From Escherichia coli (lineage in GTDB: Bacteria > Pseudomonadota > Gammaproteobacteria > Enterobacterales > Enterobacteriaceae), in NCBI RefSeq assembly GCF_016903815.1, contig NZ_CP069973.1: DNA of 64,000 nt, one strand, 5' to 3'. The translations under genes were made by a program, and so were the position numbers. The notes beneath the pieces were generated by a model that saw only the letters and a program-made list of their open reading frames with translations, was not told where the DNA came from and made no database searches. Positions 1 to 10,086 of this stretch are shown piece by piece. Numbering within the stretch: the stretch's first letter is position 1; the number at the start of each line of letters is the position of its first letter.

Positions 1-1061
1 AATGGGCAGCGCTGCACGTCTCACGCTGGGGCAATGGACGCGGTCGCTTGCTGTTTACCTGGATTGTCCTGCTCGGTGCTGCCGTTGCAGCTCTGTTTGC
101 CAATGATGGCGCGGCGCTTATTTTGACACCGATTGTCATCGCCATGCTGCTGGCTTTAGGGTTCAGTAAAGGCACGACGCTTGCGTTCGTGATGGCGGCC
201 GGGTTCATTGCCGATACCGCCAGCCTGCCGCTTATTGTCTCCAACCTGGTGAATATCGTTTCCGCAGATTTCTTTGGCCTCGGCTTTCGCGAATATGCCT
301 CGGTGATGGTGCCGGTGGATATCGCCGCGATTGTTGCCACGCTGGTGATGTTGCATCTCTATTTCCGCAAAGATATTCCGCAGAACTACGACATGGCGCT
401 GCTGAAATCTCCCGCAGAAGCGATTAAAGATCCTGCTACGTTCAAAACTGGCTGGGTTGTTTTACTGCTTCTGCTGGTGGGATTTTTCGTTCTGGAACCG
501 CTCGGCATTCCGGTCAGCGCCATTGCGGCAGTGGGCGCGCTGATATTATTTGCCGTCGCTAAACGCGGTCATGCAATTAATACGGGTAAGGTGCTACGCG
601 GTGCGCCCTGGCAGATTGTCATCTTCTCGCTCGGCATGTATCTGGTGGTTTATGGCCTGCGCAATGCCGGACTAACGGAATATCTTTCTGGCGTACTCAA
701 CGTGCTGGCGGAAAACGGCCTGTGGGCCGCGACGCTCGGCACCGGATTCCTCACCGCCTTCCTCTCTTCTATTATGAACAATATGCCGACGGTACTGGTT
801 GGCGCGTTGTCCATTGATGGCAGCACGGCATCTGGCGTTATCAAAGAAGCGATGGTTTATGCCAACGTGATTGGCTGCGATTTGGGGCCGAAAATTACCC
901 CAATTGGTAGCCTGGCTACGCTACTCTGGCTGCACGTTCTTTCGCAGAAGAATATGACTATCAGCTGGGGATATTACTTCCGTACAGGGATTATCATGAC
1001 CCTGCCGGTGCTTTTTGTGACGCTGGCTGCGCTGGCGCTACGTCTCTCTTTCACTTTGTAA
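1..1061 (+). CDS. arsB: Arsenite efflux pump ArsB, C-terminal ~352 codons; 5' end lies upstream of the window
   Basis: Polytopic membrane protein translation in frame to stop at 1061; immediately followed by arsC as in the arsRBC operon. Confidence 0.9.
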   Translation, partial: WAALHVSRWGNGRGRLLFTWIVLLGAAVAALFANDGAALILTPIVIAMLLALGFSKGTTLAFVMAAGFIADTASLPLIVSNLVNIVSADFFGLGFREYASVMVPVDIAAIVATLVMLHLYFRKDIPQNYDMALLKSPAEAIKDPATFKTGWVVLLLLLVGFFVLEPLGIPVSAIAAVGALILFAVAKRGHAINTGKVLRGAPWQIVIFSLGMYLVVYGLRNAGLTEYLSGVLNVLAENGLWAATLGTGFLTAFLSSIMNNMPTVLVGALSIDGSTASGVIKEAMVYANVIGCDLGPKITPIGSLATLLWLHVLSQKNMTISWGYYFRTGIIMTLPVLFVTLAALALRLSFTL

Positions 1062-1073
1062 TGAGATATTGAT

Positions 1074-1499
1074 ATGAGCAACATTACCATTTATCACAAC
1101 CCGGCCTGCGGTACGTCGCGTAATACGCTGGAGATGATCCGCAACAGCGGTACAGAACCGACCATCGTCTATTATCTGGAAACCCCACCGACGCGTGATG
1201 AACTGGTCAAACTCATTGCCGATATGGGGATTTCCGTACGCGCGCTGCTGCGTAAAAACGTCGAGCCGTATGAGGAACTGGGCCTTGCAGAAGATAAATT
1301 TACTGACGATCGGTTAATCGACTTTATGCTTCAGCACCCGATTCTGATTAATCGCCCGATTGTGGTGACGCCGCTGGGAACTCGCCTGTGTCGCCCTTCA
1401 GAAGTGGTGCTGGAAATTCTGCCAGATGCGCAACAAGGCGCGTTCACCAAGGAAGATGGCGAGAAAGTGGTTGATGAAGCGGGTAAACGCTTGAAATAA
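1074..1499 (+). CDS. arsC: Arsenate reductase ArsC (141 aa)
   Basis: 141-aa ORF starting MSNITIYHNPACGTSRNTLEMIR, the glutaredoxin-coupled ArsC family with catalytic Cys in the HNPACGTSR motif; 12 bp after arsB. Confidence 0.95.
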   Translation: MSNITIYHNPACGTSRNTLEMIRNSGTEPTIVYYLETPPTRDELVKLIADMGISVRALLRKNVEPYEELGLAEDKFTDDRLIDFMLQHPILINRPIVVTPLGTRLCRPSEVVLEILPDAQQGAFTKEDGEKVVDEAGKRLK

Positions 1500-1545
1500 A
1501 GCGGCGATATCCACTGCCCATAGTTGGTAAAGTGCGCTTTGTTTA

Positions 1546-1584
1546 TGTCGGATGCGACGCTAACGCGTCTTATCCGACCTACAA
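1546..1584. repeat. REP-like palindromic unit downstream of arsC
   Basis: tgtcggatgcgacgctaacgcgtcttatccgacctaca has the GCCGGATG...CTTATCCGGCCTAC-type REP architecture with imperfect dyad symmetry. Confidence 0.6.
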
Positions 1585-1621
1585 AACCGTGCATGGCATG
1601 AAATCTGTAGCGCGTAGCGCA

Positions 1622-1918
1622 TCAGGCAATTTTGCTATTTACGCAGCACTCCTCGCGTAAGAATTCAATTATCGCTTCCAGCATTGCGTATTGCGAAACA
1701 CACATCAGCGTTCGACTCTCACGGTTTTGTTTGACCAGCCCTACCGATACCAGTGCTGAAATATGGTGACTGAGTGTAGAGCCGGGTATCCCAAGCTGCT
1801 TTTGCAACTCACCGACCGGCAAACCTTGTTCCCCCGCTTTGACCAGGTGTTTGAATATGAACAAACGGGTCGGGTGACCTAGCTCTTTCAGCGCTTTAGC
1901 AACTTCTTCCAACTGCAT
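1622..1918 (-). CDS. ArsR/SmtB-family HTH transcriptional regulator (98 aa) with C-terminal cysteines
   Basis: LGHPTRLFIFKHL...STLSHHISALVSVGLV is the ArsR/SmtB winged-helix signature. No CVC motif in helix 3; cysteines are at LMCVSQ and the C-terminal EECC. Confidence 0.85.
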   Translation of the reverse strand: MQLEEVAKALKELGHPTRLFIFKHLVKAGEQGLPVGELQKQLGIPGSTLSHHISALVSVGLVKQNRESRTLMCVSQYAMLEAIIEFLREECCVNSKIA

Positions 1919-1943
1919 ATGACACCCCCTTTGTCTGGTTGAT

Positions 1944-2002
1944 ATTTCGATAATACCAGAAATATCTTGATCTGAATTTCATTTCGATTATTCTGGAAAT
2001 AT
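1944..2002. promoter_or_regulatory. Candidate operator: two copies of a ~22-bp motif in the divergent regulator/permease intergenic region
   Basis: atttcgataataccagaaatat (1944-1965) and atttcgattattctggaaatat (1981-2002), identical except the central CCAG/CTGG swap, between the two divergent start codons. Confidence 0.4.
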
Positions 2003-2013
2003 AGATTTATTCA

Positions 2014-3027
2014 ATGAGGTTACGTATGAGTAGTTGGCTTGCGATGCTGCAAGATGCCGCAGAGATGTTTGTGTTTCTCGCCGTTGAGCTTTCTTTGCTG
2101 TTTATAGTGATTAGTGCCGGTGTGAGCCTGATAAGACAAAAGGTGCCAGACCATAAAATCCAGCAGATGATGGGGGCCAGAAAAGGGAGAGGTTATCTCC
2201 TGGCTGCTCTGTTGGGAGCCGTTACCCCGTTCTGTAGTTGCTCGACAATACCCATGTTACGTGGATTGTTGTCAGCGAAAGCCGGGTTTGGTCCAACCCT
2301 TACTTTTTTATTTGTTTCACCGCTACTTAATCCCATTATCGTCGGACTAATGTGGGTGACCTTTGGCTGGAAAGTGACCTTGTTGTACGCGATTATCGCC
2401 GCCGGCGTCTCCGTACTTGCCAGTATTATCCTGGATTCTCTGGGATTTGAACGTCATATTATTGCCAGTAAAAGCTCATCAGCAAATTGTTGTGCTCCAG
2501 CCAAAACTTCGCCGGGGACGACATATACGCCAATAAAAGTGAGTTGCTGTAGTCCAGCGGCTAAAGCCATTGAGAAACCTGTAGTAAACTGTTGCAGTAC
2601 CAAAGCTGTGGTAAGTATTAATCCCATAAAACTAGCCACCAAAGATGCGTTGCAACAGTTTAAAGATGTACTGCCATATCTTTTGTTAGGGGTATTAATA
2701 GGCTCTTTTATTTATGGCTTTATTCCCTCAGAGTGGATTGCCGCTCATGCAGGGGCAGATAATCCCTTCGCCATCCCATTGAGCGCCGTTGTCGGTATTC
2801 CGCTATATATCCGGGCAGAGGCGGTTATCCCTCTGGCATCTGTTCTGATGACAAAAGGAATGGCTCTGGGAGCATTAATGGCATTAATCATCGGCAGTGC
2901 CGGCGCAAGCCTGACGGAAGTGATATTACTTAAATCAATGTTCAGAATACCGATGATAGTTGCATTCCTGACGGTTATATTAGGTATGGCTATCTTGATG
3001 GGCTATTTGACTCAAATGCTATTTTAA
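2014..3027 (+). CDS. Putative permease, DUF318/YraQ-ArsP-like, with TPFCSCS motif and a Cys-rich loop (337 aa)
   Basis: Multi-TM hydrophobic protein; AVTPFCSCSTIPMLRGLL matches the conserved ArsP-type motif as I recall it; central loop has three vicinal Cys pairs (NCCAP, SCCSP, NCCST). Confidence 0.8.
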   Translation: MRLRMSSWLAMLQDAAEMFVFLAVELSLLFIVISAGVSLIRQKVPDHKIQQMMGARKGRGYLLAALLGAVTPFCSCSTIPMLRGLLSAKAGFGPTLTFLFVSPLLNPIIVGLMWVTFGWKVTLLYAIIAAGVSVLASIILDSLGFERHIIASKSSSANCCAPAKTSPGTTYTPIKVSCCSPAAKAIEKPVVNCCSTKAVVSINPIKLATKDALQQFKDVLPYLLLGVLIGSFIYGFIPSEWIAAHAGADNPFAIPLSAVVGIPLYIRAEAVIPLASVLMTKGMALGALMALIIGSAGASLTEVILLKSMFRIPMIVAFLTVILGMAILMGYLTQMLF

Positions 3028-3607
3028 ATAGATGCCAGCAGTAAACTATAAGGAGCATTGTGAGTGCCTTATCCTTCTGAGTAGAAAATCATAGATAGGA
3101 TAATCTTTAAAAATCACAAATAACTTAACTAATGCTTTGAGAATGATGACGGATCCGTCAGTAAGTCATCAATCGACAATCACCACGCAATCATGCTTCT
3201 CTGACATTTTATCGGAGAAGCAATGTCTCTTTGTTTCAGTGCTATCCCCCCTTTTAAAGGGCAGATTTCAGTCGCCAATACAACACATTTTTAAATACAC
3301 TTTAACCTGGTTCATTATTACACATCTAAAACATCACAAAAATATCACTTCACACACTATCGGTGAACATCATAACTTTTTAAAATGAGCGCTTTTTGAT
3401 AGTTGTTAACGTTTTCCTTTACGATACTATCACTGCCCTTTTTTTATACACAAATATTACCGGGTGGAGATAAAAGGGAAATCAAAGGTAATTATATCAG
3501 GAAGAGATAACGCATTACATTTATTGTGTGTAGAAGAAAATCCATTCCTGTTCTAATTATCCAATTTAAACATCTTAGCATAAAACAAATGATGAATAAG
3601 GAATTTT

Positions 3608-4831
3608 ATGTCAATTGACTTTACCCCAGGTATAATAAATACATATCACGGCGATATTTATAACTGCACAACAAATACCGATAATGCTAAAACGCCAGAC
3701 ACACCGAAGTGGCCTTGCGATAATTTGGAAGAACAACAACCCATTAATTCCACATTCTCTGGAGAAGGATATACCTCTGATCAATATGATTTAGCGCAAC
3801 ACCAACTTCAACAAATTAATGCGTGCCACACGAACACTACATATACAAATGCAGAATACTCAAAAGTTGTGACTCAACTTGTAAGTCTTATTACTAACAT
3901 TGAAACGATAAGTTCGACACCACTTACGCAACAGACACAATCAATACTTAATCAGATTAATAACATTAGATACGAAAAAAACAAAAGTGCTGAATGTCGA
4001 ATCATTGTTGTCGCTAATCCTAAACCCGACAAGGCAATCATAACTAAAATTAGCGTAGAAGAGGGAATACCAGTAAGATTCAGTGTCCAAACCATGTTTT
4101 CAGATACTAATTTTATTGCTGAACAACGAGCTGACTTACCGACTAATATAAAAGATATTCAAAACCTGTATCAAAAAATGACGAAGTTATATATTGAGCA
4201 CAGTGAAAATAAAAACAGGATGAAAGTCTTTGCCGGAACCAACTTTATTGATTTCAATATGACAGGACAGAACCTGTCCGGGTTCGTTCTAACCTTGTCA
4301 AGGTTTTATTTCGAAGATCTACTTAATATAAATTTCACTGACGCAAATTTAGGTGACACTATTTTTTCACATAAAGAACACCCTGCCCCAAAATTATATA
4401 AAGACGAACAATATCTTGACAAACAAATCGAAGGTTTATTTTCAACATTATTAACCATTAATGACAACTTTTTACGAGCAAAAGCGGAAATTGCTTCGAC
4501 AATAATTAAATTCTTAGAGGCCAGGATAACCAATATTTCATACAATGACATATTAAAATATCAGCAAGAATTCAAAAAACAATGTTATAAGCAAGTTAAA
4601 GCCTTTACGACACTCTCCCGATACAATAAAATTCAAACATGGGCAGAAATGTCTGAATATCAATTCGAAGTATTTCAACGCGAGACGCTTAACCCAAAAA
4701 AAATGTCATGCGCACCTTATTTAAAGAGATCGCTACCTGATGAAAAAACTATAAATTATGGGGTGGAAATAGAAACACCAACTGGCAAAAGAATTCGCTT
4801 ATCAAATCATTACCAGAATATAATCCCATAA
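3608..4831 (+). CDS. Hypothetical AT-rich protein (407 aa) with a pentapeptide-repeat segment; possibly the intact counterpart of the K-12 yhiS pseudogene
   Basis: Long ORF in a markedly AT-rich stretch, no signal peptide. The segment [43 protein letters not shown] forms about nine consecutive pentapeptides with [DN][LFM] periodicity. Position between arsC and slp matches yhiS in K-12. Confidence 0.6.
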   Translation: MSIDFTPGIINTYHGDIYNCTTNTDNAKTPDTPKWPCDNLEEQQPINSTFSGEGYTSDQYDLAQHQLQQINACHTNTTYTNAEYSKVVTQLVSLITNIETISSTPLTQQTQSILNQINNIRYEKNKSAECRIIVVANPKPDKAIITKISVEEGIPVRFSVQTMFSDTNFIAEQRADLPTNIKDIQNLYQKMTKLYIEHSENKNRMKVFAGTNFIDFNMTGQNLSGFVLTLSRFYFEDLLNINFTDANLGDTIFSHKEHPAPKLYKDEQYLDKQIEGLFSTLLTINDNFLRAKAEIASTIIKFLEARITNISYNDILKYQQEFKKQCYKQVKAFTTLSRYNKIQTWAEMSEYQFEVFQRETLNPKKMSCAPYLKRSLPDEKTINYGVEIETPTGKRIRLSNHYQNIIP

Positions 4832-5075
4832 TATGAACATTAGCACTTTATAATCATTGAATAAAAATAGATTTTATGTACCTTTAAAAAAAGGCTATTT
4901 TATGGGGCGATGGATACTCATGTCACGCCCCAAAATTAACAGAATTAAACTAAACAGAAGGGATATAAACATCAGACAGGTTTACGTTACTATCAGGCAT
5001 ATCGCCTCAGAATCAGATGAAAACTATAAAGAAATATCTATTATGGTTTTAATATTTGTTGATAAGGATAGTAAC

Positions 5076-5642
5076 ATGAACATGACAAAAGGTGCACTCA
5101 TCCTCAGCCTTTCATTTTTGCTTGCCGCATGTAGTTCAATTCCGCAAAATATCAAAGGCAATAACCAACCTGATATTCAAAAAAGTTTTGTTGCTGTTCA
5201 TAACCAGCCGGGGTTATATGTTGGTCAACAAGCGCGCTTTGGTGGGAAGGTTATCAACGTTATCAATGGCAAAACGGATACGTTGTTAGAAATCGCTGTA
5301 TTACCGTTGGATAGCTATGCGAAGCCTGATATTGAAGCCAACTATCAGGGCCGACTGCTCGCCAGACAAAGCGGCTTCCTTGATCCAGTGAACTATCGTA
5401 ATCACTTTGTTACCATCCTCGGTACCATTCAGGGTGAACAACCTGGCTTTATCAATAAAGTCCCGTATAACTTCCTCGAAGTGAATATGCAGGGCATCCA
5501 GGTGTGGCATTTGAGAGAAGTGGTTAATACCACCTATAACCTGTGGGATTACGGCTATGGTGCATTCTGGCCGGAACCGGGCTGGGGTGCGCCTTACTAC
5601 ACCAACGCGGTGAGTCAGGTAACACCTGAGCTGGTCAAATAA
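5076..5642 (+). CDS. slp: Outer membrane lipoprotein Slp (188 aa)
   Basis: MNMTKGALILSLSFLLAACSS has a lipobox (LAAC); 188-aa length and synteny match Slp. The ORF-track start at 4857 is an upstream in-frame extension. Confidence 0.9.
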   Translation: MNMTKGALILSLSFLLAACSSIPQNIKGNNQPDIQKSFVAVHNQPGLYVGQQARFGGKVINVINGKTDTLLEIAVLPLDSYAKPDIEANYQGRLLARQSGFLDPVNYRNHFVTILGTIQGEQPGFINKVPYNFLEVNMQGIQVWHLREVVNTTYNLWDYGYGAFWPEPGWGAPYYTNAVSQVTPELVK

Positions 5643-5794
5643 CACCACCGAAAGATGCAGATGCTTTCTCAGCATCTGCATCATGCATTACATCAAATTA
5701 ATACACAGCCAGCTAACTATTATTATAAGCCCTGTCCTGTTAATTACCTTTGGCAAACTGATTATAAAGTTAATGTCCGCACCAGGAGTCGGTT

Positions 5795-6325
5795 ATGTTT
5801 CTTATAATTACCAGGGATACGATGTTCTTCACTGCGATGAAAAACATTCTGAGTAAAGGTAATGTCGTTCATATACAGAACGAAGAAGAGATCGACGTAA
5901 TGTTGCATCAGCATGCCTTCGTCATTATTGATACATTAATGAATAATGTATTTCATTCTAATTTGCTCACTCAGATTGAACGATTAAAACCTGTCCATGT
6001 GATTATTTTCTCTCCCTTTAATATTAAACGCTGCCTGGGGAAAGTACCGGTGACCTTTGTTCCGCGAACTATCACCATCATCGACTTTGTCGCACTCATC
6101 AATGGCAGTTACTGCTCTGTGCCTGAAGCGGATGTGTCCCTTTCGCGCAAGCAGCATCAGGTTCTGAGCTGCATTGCGAATCAAATGACAACGGAAGATA
6201 TTCTGGAGAAACTGAAAATATCGCTAAAAACGTTCTACTGCCATAAACACAATATCATGATGATCCTCAATCTTAAGCGGATCAATGAGTTGGTACGCCA
6301 TCAGCATATTGATTATCTGGTGTGA
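5795..6325 (+). CDS. dctR: LuxR-family regulator DctR/YhiF (176 aa)
   Basis: 176-aa ORF with C-terminal LuxR-type HTH, directly after slp as in the acid fitness island. Confidence 0.9.
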   Translation: MFLIITRDTMFFTAMKNILSKGNVVHIQNEEEIDVMLHQHAFVIIDTLMNNVFHSNLLTQIERLKPVHVIIFSPFNIKRCLGKVPVTFVPRTITIIDFVALINGSYCSVPEADVSLSRKQHQVLSCIANQMTTEDILEKLKISLKTFYCHKHNIMMILNLKRINELVRHQHIDYLV

Positions 6326-6385
6326 TCGATTGATTAATATAAAGAGGCCCAGCAATAAATAGCCAGACCTCCCTTTAATTATACG

Positions 6386-7414
6386 TTATGCAGTAACGCC
6401 TTCCGGTATCAGCGAAGCAATTTGCTTACGCCATTGCGCTTGCTCCTGTTCGCCTTCTGTACGTTGACCATAAAGTTGCGCTATCTGCGTACCATCATGG
6501 GCAAACAATTCCAGACTGGTCACATAACCGTCACTAGCAGGTTTACGGGTTACCCAGGTTTCAGCAATGCTCTCTTCTAATAGATGAAGAGTAAACGTCG
6601 GGTTAAAAATATTCAGCCAACCTTTCATTGGCACCACTTTTTCTACCACGCCAGTGAAAATCTGTACGCAGCCACGGTTGCCAACAAACACCATGATTTC
6701 ATTGCCATCCTGCTGTGCAGATTCAAGAATTTGCGCCAACGCACTGTTGGATACTTTGCAGGCCAAATCGTCTGCCACCAGATTGAACGCCTGTTGGCGC
6801 GTCAGGTTGTGGCGCTTGAGCAACGTAAAAAACTGATGAACGTCGGTCATCGCCCGCCACTCTTGCTCGACCACACTGGCATCGGCTCGCATTTGAACGA
6901 CTGGCGCATCAACGGCTTTTAACTCAAGCGGCGTATTCTCATCAGTGATAAACCGTGCCAGAAGCTCACTCCATGCCGCCATATCGGTATTGTCGGTGGC
7001 ATAAACTTTTAGTAATGCATCGCCCTGATGATCAAAGAACTGAATACTCTGGCGTTCGCCACGAGTCGTATTTTCTTTAATGTGAAAAACACTGGCCCAT
7101 TGATTGAGAAACAGACGCAAATCCAGCGCGCGTGGATTGAGGATCAATCCGGCATGTCCGTTCAAATGCTGGTTTGTGAACGCACCAACTTGCTCATGGA
7201 CTGCATATTCATTACGGCAAATACATTTGGTCTCGCCAACACTTTCGAGCGCCGCCAGAATTTCACGGATATCGCCGCGCATCCGCCACGCATCGTGCGT
7301 GACGCGTGCAAATGCCAGTTCTGCTTCGCTAATATTCATTAAACCTGCGATGTCACGCGCGTACTTTCCGGGATTTTGTTCTTTTAACTCAAGCCAGCGT
7401 GTGTAGTGGTTCAT
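6386..7414 (-). CDS. chuS: Haem-degrading/haem oxygenase protein ChuS (342 aa)
   Basis: 342-aa ORF recognised as the ChuS/HemS/ShuS family, immediately downstream of chuA on the same strand. Confidence 0.9.
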   Translation of the reverse strand: MNHYTRWLELKEQNPGKYARDIAGLMNISEAELAFARVTHDAWRMRGDIREILAALESVGETKCICRNEYAVHEQVGAFTNQHLNGHAGLILNPRALDLRLFLNQWASVFHIKENTTRGERQSIQFFDHQGDALLKVYATDNTDMAAWSELLARFITDENTPLELKAVDAPVVQMRADASVVEQEWRAMTDVHQFFTLLKRHNLTRQQAFNLVADDLACKVSNSALAQILESAQQDGNEIMVFVGNRGCVQIFTGVVEKVVPMKGWLNIFNPTFTLHLLEESIAETWVTRKPASDGYVTSLELFAHDGTQIAQLYGQRTEGEQEQAQWRKQIASLIPEGVTA

Positions 7415-7462
7415 TGTCTCTCTTCCTTCCAGATAAATGCCCCGAAATATCGGGGCAGATGA

Positions 7463-9445
7463 TTACCATTGATAACTCACGAAAATTTTTCCATTACGAC
7501 CATCCTGTGGGATGCCTTGTGGCGACCAGTACTCTTTGTCGAAAGCGTTACCCAACACCAAAGTAGTGGTCATACCTTTGAGCGCCTGTTGTCCTTGATA
7601 ACTGACGTAGAAATCATTCACGCCATAGCCTGGTTGTTTGCTGTAACTGCTGCTGATATGTGTTGAGCGATCGGCAAACGTACCAACCCACCCAACAGAG
7701 AAGCCACTGTGAGCGATCGGAATATTCAGGGTACTGGTAACGGTATCCGGGTTAATGCTGGAGATATATTCCCCAGTATCGGTGTCTTTGCCGCGGGTAC
7801 GGTTATAGGCCACATCAAGGCTAAACAGATCAGTGGTATATTTCGTCATTACATCCCAGCCCCAGATTTTGGCGTTCGGGACGTTATACGACATAGTTGT
7901 CGCCGCCGCGAAATCGACGGTCGTGGAGATGTAATCCTTCGCTTTGGTATCAAAGTAGCTGGCTTTAAATTCCAGGGTATCATTGGACAACATCAGGTCA
8001 TCAAAACGCAGCCCAAAACCGTACTCCTGAGTTTCGTTAGTTTCCGGACGTAAGTTCGGGTTTGGCACCCAATAGTTGGTATAGAAGCGACCAATCGAGA
8101 AGTGCTTAGAATCGTTATACATTTCGCCCATCGTCGGGGCGCGGAATGCCTGGGCATATGAGCCAAATAACATCAGCCAGTTAGTCGGATTGATAGTCAT
8201 CCCCGCACGAGATGACCATTTGTCGGCATCAACATCTTTGTAACCGTCACTGCTACCGCGATAACTGTCATAGCGGGTTCCGCCAAGCAGGGTAATCGGC
8301 AGATCGCGTAAGGTGATCTCATCCTGTAGCCAGCCGGAGCTAAAATCGATTTTTGCTTGCGGGAAGCCCGTCGTCGCGCCGCCCGGATGTTGTTCCTGAC
8401 GATAATACTCACCGCCATATGTCAGTAAGTGAGAAGCGAAACTGTCGGCAAAGAGAGTGGAACGGTTCTCCAGCCTGGCTCCTTTTGTTATCTGTTCACG
8501 ATACTCGCCGGAACTCCCCGTGTTTTGCGCATTAATACGGACTTCCGACCAGTAAATTTTTGCATCTGCATTTAACCAGTCGTTGCCCTGCGGGGCGAGT
8601 TTATAAGAAAGCTGCGCATCGCGTTGAATTGTTGAACGATCAACCATCGGGTTGCTGCTATCAGAAGCCTCAACAGTCTGCGGATTTTTTGGTTCACGCG
8701 CGTCGTTGTTGTAGTAACGCACTAAACCGCTCAGAGACTGGGCTGAATCAATTTGCCAGGTCCCTTTCGCCAGCATGTTATTAATGGACTCGTCATTCGG
8801 CGCGGTTTCACCATTGCTCTGGCGTAAATCACCCCGACCGCGACTGGACCAGGCCACAATACCATCCAGATTTTCAGTTCGCCCAAACGCGCTCGCGCCT
8901 AATCCCAGGCTATGGTCCCCCGTGCCGCCAGTACCAAAGACACGAAAACCACTGCTTTGTCCTTCCTGCAATAAATCTTTTGCATCGACCGTATCGTAGG
9001 AGATCACTCCACCCAGCGCACCACTGCCATACAGTAATGCTGAAGGTCCGCGAACAATCTCAACACGCTTGATCAGCGCCGGATCGAGAAAAGTGCCATT
9101 CAGGTGTCCGGTATCCGTTCCCTGGCGAACACCATCGACAAGAACCAGCACGCCGCGATGATCATAGCCACGCATATTTACATCCTGACCGTTGGTTCGT
9201 CCGGTACCATCAAGAGTAATTCCAGGAACATGACGCAGCAAATCAGTGGCTGAAGTAGCCGTTTGATTTTCAGGAGCGGAAGTGTCGATGACGCTGACCA
9301 TCATAGGCGCTTCGAAGGAACTACGGGCATTCCCCGTTGCCGTAACGGTCATGGTTTCAGTAGCAAAAGCAAACGTTGGCAAGGTGGCAGAAACAGCCAA
9401 AGCCAACAAACTCAAACGCAACGAGGTAAATTGCGGACGTGACAT
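7463..9445 (-). CDS. chuA: TonB-dependent outer membrane haem/haemoglobin receptor ChuA (660 aa)
   Basis: Signal peptide, TonB-box-like N-terminus (ETMTVTA), plug and beta-barrel, C-terminal aromatic residue (ends ...FVSYQW). Confidence 0.95.
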   Translation of the reverse strand: MSRPQFTSLRLSLLALAVSATLPTFAFATETMTVTATGNARSSFEAPMMVSVIDTSAPENQTATSATDLLRHVPGITLDGTGRTNGQDVNMRGYDHRGVLVLVDGVRQGTDTGHLNGTFLDPALIKRVEIVRGPSALLYGSGALGGVISYDTVDAKDLLQEGQSSGFRVFGTGGTGDHSLGLGASAFGRTENLDGIVAWSSRGRGDLRQSNGETAPNDESINNMLAKGTWQIDSAQSLSGLVRYYNNDAREPKNPQTVEASDSSNPMVDRSTIQRDAQLSYKLAPQGNDWLNADAKIYWSEVRINAQNTGSSGEYREQITKGARLENRSTLFADSFASHLLTYGGEYYRQEQHPGGATTGFPQAKIDFSSGWLQDEITLRDLPITLLGGTRYDSYRGSSDGYKDVDADKWSSRAGMTINPTNWLMLFGSYAQAFRAPTMGEMYNDSKHFSIGRFYTNYWVPNPNLRPETNETQEYGFGLRFDDLMLSNDTLEFKASYFDTKAKDYISTTVDFAAATTMSYNVPNAKIWGWDVMTKYTTDLFSLDVAYNRTRGKDTDTGEYISSINPDTVTSTLNIPIAHSGFSVGWVGTFADRSTHISSSYSKQPGYGVNDFYVSYQGQQALKGMTTTLVLGNAFDKEYWSPQGIPQDGRNGKIFVSYQW

Positions 9446-9734
9446 AGCGATTCTCCATGAGGAAAATAAAAAATGCTGGCTGCCTGGGTTAATACCGGGG
9501 TGGCTGGCGAAAAATAAATTTATTTAAAATTCAGAGCGATAATATTCGCCGGGTGAGTTTACAGGCGTTTATATCCCATGAAATTGCCTGGTATCTCGGC
9601 AAATACGCAAAAGCACGCCCTCTTTGTCAGGCAAAACGATATGCCCCATCAGGAGTGAAGAGCGCTGTGCGTTATCCCTTGCAAATGCTATGGTTTTGTT
9701 ATCCATATGGTCGTGTTTTGTTAAGCGCGAACGT

Positions 9735-9753
9735 GATAATGAGAATTATTATC
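9735..9753. promoter_or_regulatory. Candidate Fur box in the chuA upstream region
   Basis: gataatgagaattattatc matches the 19-bp Fur consensus GATAATGATAATCATTATC at 16 of 19 positions; about 290 bp upstream of the chuA start. Confidence 0.55.
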
Positions 9754-10086
9754 GATCAATTTTTTATGATCAAGCTTTTTTTTAACCGCCATTAACACAA
9801 TAAACAGGGGGTTATGAAACTTATCCTGCGCCCTGTAAACCACTTTGTTTTTATGGTTATTCCCCCATGACCTCATTACTAAACTTTGTCGTTAGCAGTG
9901 ATAATTTTCTCTTCGCTTTGCTCTGCAAGCCTCGATATCTGTGGGTTCTCAGCTTTTTCCCGCGCTGAAATTTAGTCGGTAACAAGAACGTTAGCTGACG
10001 AAGCATCTTGATAAAAATCAAAAATAAATACGCTTGTAACGCCTTGCGTATTGAATCGACGGTTGTATTTCATATATAACTCAAAT

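Noticed and set aside
3137-3388. 83-aa ORF in the AT-rich intergenic region after the permease
   Set aside because: No ribosome-binding context and low-complexity composition; the region more likely holds the promoter of the 407-aa gene.
1500-3600. Expected an IS5 (insH) copy between arsC and slp, as in K-12
   Set aside because: No transposase-like ORF or IS terminal repeats are present; the interval instead holds the regulator, the permease and an intact 407-aa gene.
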